Part shown: positions 60,101-64,000 of the stretch, one piece after another
Numbering within the stretch: the stretch's first letter is position 1
How the letters are laid out: every line of letters starts with the position of its first letter
Virus record (IMG/VR): IMGVR_UViG_3300009856_000010
Span: 1-64,000 of that record
DNA length: 64,000 bases
Direction: 5' to 3' (one strand)
Source: a virus
Lineage: Duplodnaviria; Heunggongvirae; Uroviricota; Caudoviricetes
Translations under genes and position numbers: made by a program
Notes under the pieces: generated by a model
What the model saw: the letters and a program-made list of their open reading frames with translations, nothing else
What the model was told of the DNA's origin: nothing
Databases searched by the model: none

Positions 60101-60309
60101 ACATTCTCCCTAACAGCACGATTTATGGCTTTCAACTCCTTCTCCATCACCCGATACTCTGTTGTATCACCCTGTCCGGCAGCTTTCATTGCTTCCATTT
60201 GGGTAGTAAGATTTTCCGCCTGATGTTTAAGAGCTTCAAGTACTTTTTGCGCCTGAGCACCATTCATAGTAAGAACGATATGCGCTTTACTGACATTATT
60301 ATTTGCCAT
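54139..60309 (-). CDS. tail tape-measure protein (2056 aa)
   Basis: Very long coiled-coil-rich N-terminal half; central TP901-like core (LTAKMGVERALLATGSAINEIGQ...); hydrophobic/Gly-rich segment GWWGIPLIAVITALLNGLLSAAMGKVGSLFGGGGSG near the C-terminus. Confidence 0.6.
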   Translation of the reverse strand: MANNNVSKAHIVLTMNGAQAQKVLEALKHQAENLTTQMEAMKAAGQGDTTEYRVMEKELKAINRAVRENVKEYINLDDIIQNLAGNSRGMLVSALKSAAKEMNNLTGNDSDKLDKLKSQYEQIVAQIKRLEVGYVNVEKVMQNLDTASEKTLRKALTQLRDVQSGTERGTQEWIRQEQQIKSIEKTLDNLSRMDPNLVMGNLSSASSSDIKGAIAEMERMRDSVVLGGQEWNNYNDKIKQAKDYLAQFSEQQQKMSVDTAKSLVSDDTATIGQLKEAAAILREFRDSLQATDATGLQEVDNQLQHIAERLNNVQRETLDVAAILSDPKSFSPEQIRKAIAELNNQLNQMTMRDPRREGIRQQIQALNGALDETERQTVDVQQVLNNIKTASLDDLKQAAKQLEEEIGKANRGTEDYVKKSAEYSRIKRQLDEVNKSWKQQDSTIASVMKRLAAYVGIYGVFNVIKNKITGAVKDNIALSDSLADIQKTTGLTTNQVTELSKAIDGIDTRTLQQELHDLAFQAGKLGITGTANVLQFVRAGNQLVVALGEDLGGAEAVKNLMKISDVLGLTAKMGVERALLATGSAINEIGQSSTASEGYMVDFAKRLGGIAAQSKLTMAELIGLGGTTDALGQNVEVSATALNKFLVTLQTSTRGVAQVSGVTESALKELLDAGKTMDAAMMVFEGLSRRGGLSELAPLMGDLGSDGARLTAVLSSLIGNTELLKAQLYTSNKAFDEAVSVTNEYNIKNENAAAILARMGNAIRENFVNSRMVEWLTQVLTAISNIPKWLDRNYTGLRTLASALAAVTVQLTLGRATWVQYISLMNKADWAAIGTKILNVGKAIFTKTTYVNLGTKAWKGLNAVMKANWFGILLSAITAVVSYFVLFKDKVSAATAAIQDFNTKLQKEKIELDAIFGALEKANAETGERASLIQKINDKYGTYLGFMLSEKDSAEKVAAAHELINAKLRERIALEMQDAMRQTSINKYADKAAESMSKLYDIFSGQRGIGETFASDAMALVQKITTENIDKSVGEINRAIQTGLGDQFKNWYSYQQWIEIAGEVQKFVDTQKRVQAEVSASAVAGKSIVEGSAKDMAKANQNLLNSLTTDMNGYLAGMKSTDKAIAEESKRMAMNTAKQYVGFANQFIKDNPTHQALDQLKSSMEWYNKWIENNTPKKASPWGGETFAIETASVDQLVKRYKTLFDWRKEIAADKDYSQFTESGFKSREEEMNALMTQLDELKAKLNNMGYNELGKFLKTGNTGNKELKAARGEYQAVMSAIEVFYKQQEQVVNQAYIDRKITTEQREKELTAIQNKHLETRIQARKKLHGDDNSWSEELESLPLFDMAKTEDSMKAIDNLVKKNLDLIGNNLRKFGEKEDDGIWKNLEDDILKMQKITIDRMSEVEKVLLSYDFTGQVTRQYQDQLEKLRIFFVNYADITEDGYADAQRAAEAGMKKLLGISSGLYDVDINSADGLAAFKDIIASSEEFGTQMLNMSDNEYRTLYYKTLEYGDAITEAEKRAKDRSLKIAKERWQRTQQYKDNELQGAKDKDTLDVYKAYGDIGLASPSMIQDQETLMYINRLEAAKDFYNYLESQGRPTEEAMLSVQEAASELSAKLVESTKERLSRLKEYGDAMESFGTAFGESVFVRGEEGLEDRKKAMEDFVRSVGEATKNMILDWVKQQIEHQIIRTAMARREEEFQEDMTDTDKKGGKNQVKSVQKAGRDILKETVKWGKSKLKAKKGEKDEEEQVESESQDIQGTIATEGTAAVTEAMIGIGEQAVIAKKTQAAENVSTSAAEAGANTVLGIASGSAQTIAQLGWWGIPLIAVITALLNGLLSAAMGKVGSLFGGGGSGAAAVTKTKLVSGMLTYDSGNVQAIGNDGHIYSATPLDHLSTGLVSSPVATTVNGQPALVGERGPEMVIGRETTAAMMMSRPDLMKAIVQFDKNRSGKSYRTYDAGNVQQFGSSDNGGSETSLQDAIGSVFEERFAPMLEAMASVIDANTRTNSELNRQLENGIGARIDRGPLMQNVINGLNEAKRQKSDPLVNKLFGKS

Positions 60310-60339
60310 AATCCTTTGGTTTAGGTATTTCGTTTGATT

Positions 60340-60382
60340 ATGACAAAGCTACAATGGCCATCAGCCGGAGCAGGGACACGGC
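60340..60382 (-). promoter_or_regulatory. late promoter: GTGTCCCTGCTCC + 16 nt + TAGCTTTG (-7 box) upstream of the tape-measure gene
   Basis: Minus-strand reading of 60344-60351 gives TAGCTTTG; 60368-60379 gives GTGTCCCTGCTC; same spacing as the tail-fibre promoter. Confidence 0.45.
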
Positions 60383-60461
60383 ATTTCTTGTAGGAATCGT
60401 GTAAAATTCATTTGATTATTTCTATCTTTGCGATGTATCAACTCACATTAAAACTTTACGT

Positions 60462-60890
60462 ATGAAGAAACTTATTTGGATGATGGCAATGGTATTGCCA
60501 ATGGTGGTGTTTATGGGGTGTTCGAGCGATGAAACTACAGAATTACCACATTACCCTGATTTAATTAAAGGCGGATGGTCTATATACGAGATAGATGGAA
60601 AAAGTGTTGAAGGTCAAGGCGTAGTATTAGTTTTTCAAGACAATTACGCCATTTCTAAAAACTACCCATACGAAGGAGAAACGCACTATCACATGAAACA
60701 TGAGCCAATTACGGCTTTCAAATTAACAATATCAGGTTCTACTGATGTTTTTTATATGGATGTTTATGGCACGAGTGAGAAAAAAGGAATATTCGACTTT
60801 TTCTATGAACATGGCAAGGACGGTAAAGAACCGGAATACATTTGCCGGATGAAAGGACGTAAGATGGATATAACAGAAGAAACCGAATAA
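60462..60890 (+). CDS. lipoprotein (142 aa)
   Basis: Signal peptide with lipobox FMGC followed by SSDETTE. Confidence 0.45.
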   Translation: MKKLIWMMAMVLPMVVFMGCSSDETTELPHYPDLIKGGWSIYEIDGKSVEGQGVVLVFQDNYAISKNYPYEGETHYHMKHEPITAFKLTISGSTDVFYMDVYGTSEKKGIFDFFYEHGKDGKEPEYICRMKGRKMDITEETE

Positions 60891-60914
60891 TAGATACCAT
60901 AAAATAAACTTCTT

Positions 60915-61127
60915 ATGAAAGAAAAATCAAATAAACCAGTCGATTCTATTGATGAAAAAGAATGGGAAAGTCTTCTACCACCACAAGAGAGAAAAGATAA
61001 GAACATCTCCGAACAAGAATTTCGCTCTGATATTCGGACTATAAAGAACTGGGTGCAATTCTTTGGCGTACTCTACATAGTCAGTTTAATTATAGGAGTT
61101 ATACTATATATCACTCAAAGTAACTGA
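60915..61127 (+). CDS. small membrane protein (70 aa)
   Basis: C-terminal TM segment FFGVLYIVSLIIGVILYI. Confidence 0.3.
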   Translation: MKEKSNKPVDSIDEKEWESLLPPQERKDKNISEQEFRSDIRTIKNWVQFFGVLYIVSLIIGVILYITQSN

Positions 61128-61214
61128 ATGTAGTAATCACAATTTAGCCACTATAAAACAAATTTAAAAGATTTATTTCTTGCGCATCCCAAATATTATC
61201 CCAATATTTGCAGT

Positions 61215-61436
61215 GCTAAACAATCGTAACTAAAGTTACACAACCGCTGAGTATCGGATTACTGCTCACGATGTTTTATTGCGGGCATTTTTTATGTCCA
61301 CACGTTTTATAAGATATTGCGGCCACCATTTCCACTGTATATATAACTCTGCGGAGTTGTAACTTACGGTTGTTTAGCGACGGGAAATGTGTGGCCGTTT
61401 TTTTATCACACTAAAAGCTAAACAACCGTAAGTTAT
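61215..61436. promoter_or_regulatory. 33-bp imperfect inverted repeats (61215-61247 / 61351-61379) flanking a ~100-bp segment, plus a third half-copy at 61418-61436
   Basis: GCTAAACAACCGTAAGTTA at 61418-61436 is the exact reverse complement of 61361-61379; 61215-61233 is a 2-mismatch direct copy. Confidence 0.4.
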
Positions 61437-61499
61437 GAAAACAAAAAACGAAACTTCAATCCATGCTATCAAACAGCAAAAGGTTGAATTAAAAAATCA

Positions 61500-61754
61500 A
61501 TGGGAACATCTACCTTTGTACACGAGGGTTGCACTACTACGTGTATGGCTGTCCAAAGAACACACACACTCTTTTCCGGAGATGACCAGGAAATTGTAAC
61601 CAATGCCAATCTGCTGCGCATGGCACATGCCGGTATTGCGTTCTGCACAATGGCGTTGTCGGCAAATTCCAGTGCAGTTGTAGCACTAATCAGTCTAATA
61701 TGGTTTGGTACGGCGCTGGCCGATTTGAGAAAGAATTTAAAGAAGAAACGATAA
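61500..61754 (+). CDS. hypothetical small protein (84 aa), hydrophobic C-terminal half
   Basis: ORF downstream of the inverted-repeat region. Confidence 0.25.
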   Translation: MGTSTFVHEGCTTTCMAVQRTHTLFSGDDQEIVTNANLLRMAHAGIAFCTMALSANSSAVVALISLIWFGTALADLRKNLKKKR

Positions 61755-61773
61755 TTAATAAAGATAGTAGATT

Positions 61774-62322
61774 ATGGATGCAAAAATACAAAGGTCGGTT
61801 AATATCATCGATCAGGTAATAAACAATATAACCCTGCCATTGGCAGTGATGTCCGAAACAGAAATCTCCATCCTATTCAGTCGGGTATTTTCCCACAAAG
61901 ATGCCGATCTGGTGAAACACTACATTGGTGAGTTTGTGCATAACAATCGGAAGAACTTCGGAGGATGGTTCTTTAGTTGTGAACCTCAGATAATAAGAGA
62001 ACTCTTTGAATATTATGAGATGGATATGGAACCAGACCAATATCCGGACTCGGCAAAGCGTTATATGGCGCAGATTAAGGGAAAAAGCAAAGAAGAAACT
62101 CTACCATTTGAATATTATATCATTTATCAATTCTACCTAATGGCAGGGAACAACTCGCTGCAACTGCTGGAGAAGATAGTTCCTGAAGCATACAACAGGA
62201 TAGAAACCCGCGGAATGGATTTATATGGAAACGGTGTGAACTGGTCGAAAGCATGGAATGTGCTGAGCGACGCGGAACGAAAGAGGTTGGTGGATTATTT
62301 GTTGAATGAGTATAAAGGGTGA
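61774..62322 (+). CDS. hypothetical protein (182 aa)
   Basis: ORF. Confidence 0.3.
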   Translation: MDAKIQRSVNIIDQVINNITLPLAVMSETEISILFSRVFSHKDADLVKHYIGEFVHNNRKNFGGWFFSCEPQIIRELFEYYEMDMEPDQYPDSAKRYMAQIKGKSKEETLPFEYYIIYQFYLMAGNNSLQLLEKIVPEAYNRIETRGMDLYGNGVNWSKAWNVLSDAERKRLVDYLLNEYKG

Positions 62323-62665
62323 GATTATGAGCAATGAACGTTACCTCAGATTCAAAATCACCGGTATTCATTATCTTGAAGATGAAAAAACAAAGGAATT
62401 GGTAGAAACCTTAAAACCTGGTGATAAGCTAACCCTCGAACGAGATTCAGATAACTTTTACGATGAGTGGGCCATGGAAGTTTATTCGGATTATACCCTA
62501 ATAGGATATGTTGAATCCGGACAATCAAAAAATGAGAAACTATGTAAATTGAAACGCAAAGGAGCAATATATAGATGCCAAGTAGACGCTGTTATATTAA
62601 ATGAAGCAAAAACACCTATAGTTTATGCCAAAGCATTCTATTTGGCTGAAGATGAAATAGACTAA
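62306..62665 (+). CDS. stand-alone HIRAN-like domain protein (119 aa)
   Basis: Pattern GDKLTLERDSDNFYDEWAMEVY...IGYVESGQS resembles the HIRAN consensus (L.L.RE..N.YD.NAI.V....G..IGYV). Confidence 0.35.
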   Translation: MSIKGEIMSNERYLRFKITGIHYLEDEKTKELVETLKPGDKLTLERDSDNFYDEWAMEVYSDYTLIGYVESGQSKNEKLCKLKRKGAIYRCQVDAVILNEAKTPIVYAKAFYLAEDEID

Positions 62666-62781
62666 AAAAACGGCACGGTGCGGTATCAAAAACTCGCACT
62701 GTGCCGTTTCCTTTTACCGCACCGTGAGGTTTTGGCGAATGGCACCGTGCCGTTTTTTCATACCTCACGGTGCGGTTTTTC
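62664..62781. repeat. nested-palindrome intergenic element, copy 4, between convergent genes
   Basis: Read directly; AAAAAAACGGCACGGTGCGG ... CCTCACGGTGCGGTTTTTC. Confidence 0.6.
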
Positions 62782-63286
62782 ATGTGGTCGTTTGATGGTT
62801 ATCAGCATCTACTCCAAAAGCATTGATTATCATCACGTTTGCCTGGTAGGTATATTCATTCATAAAATATCTCACCATGCGCCGACGTAAGTGGCGGAAC
62901 TCACTGGATATAGCCGGGCGGTGTGTTTTCCCTGCTTTAGGGTTCCAGTTGGTGGTATATCTGCTTTTAAAAGTAGCCGGACTGCTACGAGTCACATCGG
63001 ATGCGGAACGCCCCGCCCCTACTCCAAGGTCTACAAAATTCAGGTAATAGTTGTAGAAAAAATCAATCCGGGCATTGTCTATCATAGCATCTTTCACCTG
63101 AAAATAGAAAGAGTCCATAGCAGCCCCAGTACTTTTCCATGAACCAGGCTTTGCTCTCAGGTTTTTTTGAGCATAACCCGGATAAACTTCATAAGGGAAT
63201 ATACCTTGTACTTTGAAGTTTCGGTATAGGTTCTCAAGGGTGTCGAGAGCCATGAGTTCGAGTTTACGGTCTATTGATATTGCCAT
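62780..63286 (-). CDS. hypothetical protein (168 aa)
   Basis: ORF. Confidence 0.3.
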   Translation of the reverse strand: MAISIDRKLELMALDTLENLYRNFKVQGIFPYEVYPGYAQKNLRAKPGSWKSTGAAMDSFYFQVKDAMIDNARIDFFYNYYLNFVDLGVGAGRSASDVTRSSPATFKSRYTTNWNPKAGKTHRPAISSEFRHLRRRMVRYFMNEYTYQANVMIINAFGVDADNHQTTT

Positions 63287-63295
63287 AACACTTAC

Positions 63296-63967
63296 TTAAA
63301 AAATGATTTTTTTATTTCTATACCACGAACCGGAAATTAATCCATCTGGATGAACAATAATCTCACGAAGCACATTATCTTTTTCAACCTTCTCTATATT
63401 ATGGAGTAATACCATATTACTATGCGAAAGAGTTATGTTCGCTCCATTATAGTTCCATGTTTCATATACATAATAGTCCTTCAACACCTGTTCAATCAAC
63501 ATGGCATTTTGATATAGGTACCATTTTAAAGAATCAATCGTATAAACACTTTTATCTTCCAAAACAGATATTAATTGTCGGATACTGAAATCGTCTACAA
63601 GATCTTTATAATGGTTTACGAATTCAAGAATTTCATCAACTGACTTCATGCCATACTCATTAATAACTGACTGAATGCGTATTTTTGAGTGAGGAAATTT
63701 CTCACGAAGATCTTCCAAATCTCCTTTTGTTATATGACTAAGACCACAATCTTTATCATCACCAATTTTATGTCTGGAAATATTTATCCAATCCGGCGAA
63801 ACTCCCAGACTTTTAATACAGGTCGCATTCGTGTTTATCGTGAGAAAACATGAATATTCGCGTATAATGTTTAACGCATCGGTCAAATGATTACATAGAA
63901 AAGGTTCTCCGCCAGTCACAGAAATGGTCGTCAGATGCCCTTGCTCGCTCATCTGCTTCAACAACAC
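63296..63967 (-). CDS. radical-SAM-family protein; the frame may continue beyond 63967 toward the window edge, so the N-terminal Cys motif is not visible
   Basis: ISVTGGEPFL glycine-rich SAM-binding motif typical of radical SAM enzymes (QueE/activase/viperin-like). Confidence 0.35.
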   Translation of the reverse strand: MLLKQMSEQGHLTTISVTGGEPFLCNHLTDALNIIREYSCFLTINTNATCIKSLGVSPDWINISRHKIGDDKDCGLSHITKGDLEDLREKFPHSKIRIQSVINEYGMKSVDEILEFVNHYKDLVDDFSIRQLISVLEDKSVYTIDSLKWYLYQNAMLIEQVLKDYYVYETWNYNGANITLSHSNMVLLHNIEKVEKDNVLREIIVHPDGLISGSWYRNKKIIF

Positions 63968-64000
63968 TTTTAAGTTTCTTAAGAACTTTTCAGGGTTTTC

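Noticed and set aside
12163-62781. Considered whether the four repeat clusters were CRISPR arrays.
   Set aside because: Units alternate in orientation, the spacers between them are 3-25 bp and irregular, and no cas genes are present; the structure is palindromic hairpins, not direct repeat-spacer arrays.

Overview
This 64-kb window is almost entirely one tailed-phage or prophage genome of Bacteroidales type. Three things support the Bacteroidales call: the Bacteroides-style -7 promoter box TAnnTTTG, an HU-family/DUF4248-like gene pair, and lipoproteins whose lipobox cysteine is followed by acidic residues. About 85% of genes lie on the minus strand.

Recognisable modules are:
- Tail: a tail fibre (162-3644) and two large tail or baseplate candidates, plus a 2056-aa tape-measure protein at 54139-60309 that sits far from the other tail genes.
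- Packaging and head: terminase small and large subunits, a putative portal, a major capsid protein, and a ClpP/S49-type prohead protease fused to a scaffold-like coiled coil.
- Replication: a DnaN beta sliding clamp, an SSB-like protein, a zf-CHC2 primase/P-loop helicase fusion, a DEDDh exonuclease and an HU-family protein.
- DNA modification: four DNA methyltransferases with no visible nuclease partner (one C5, one NPPF-type, two Dam-like), a PP-loop PAPS-reductase-like protein and three radical-SAM-type proteins.

The most striking system is a complete diversity-generating retroelement (DGR) at 32.6-36.2 kb. It has a reverse transcriptase, an Avd accessory protein, a ~104-bp template repeat, and two DUF1566/C-type-lectin-like target genes with variable repeats whose differences from the template fall almost only at template adenines.

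Other notable items:
- An AT-rich moron island between terL and the portal block carrying an Abi_2 family (AbiD/F-like) abortive-infection gene.
- Four copies of a ~115-bp nested-palindrome intergenic element built from CACGGTGCG/CGCACCGTG units.
- A conserved late-gene promoter motif, TGTCCCTnCnC-N16-TAnnTTTG.
- A 33-bp inverted-repeat-flanked ~100-bp segment at 61.2-61.4 kb.

No integrase, tRNA, rRNA, CRISPR array, endolysin or holin could be recognised from the sequence. All functional calls rest on motif-level reading of the supplied translations, not on database searches.
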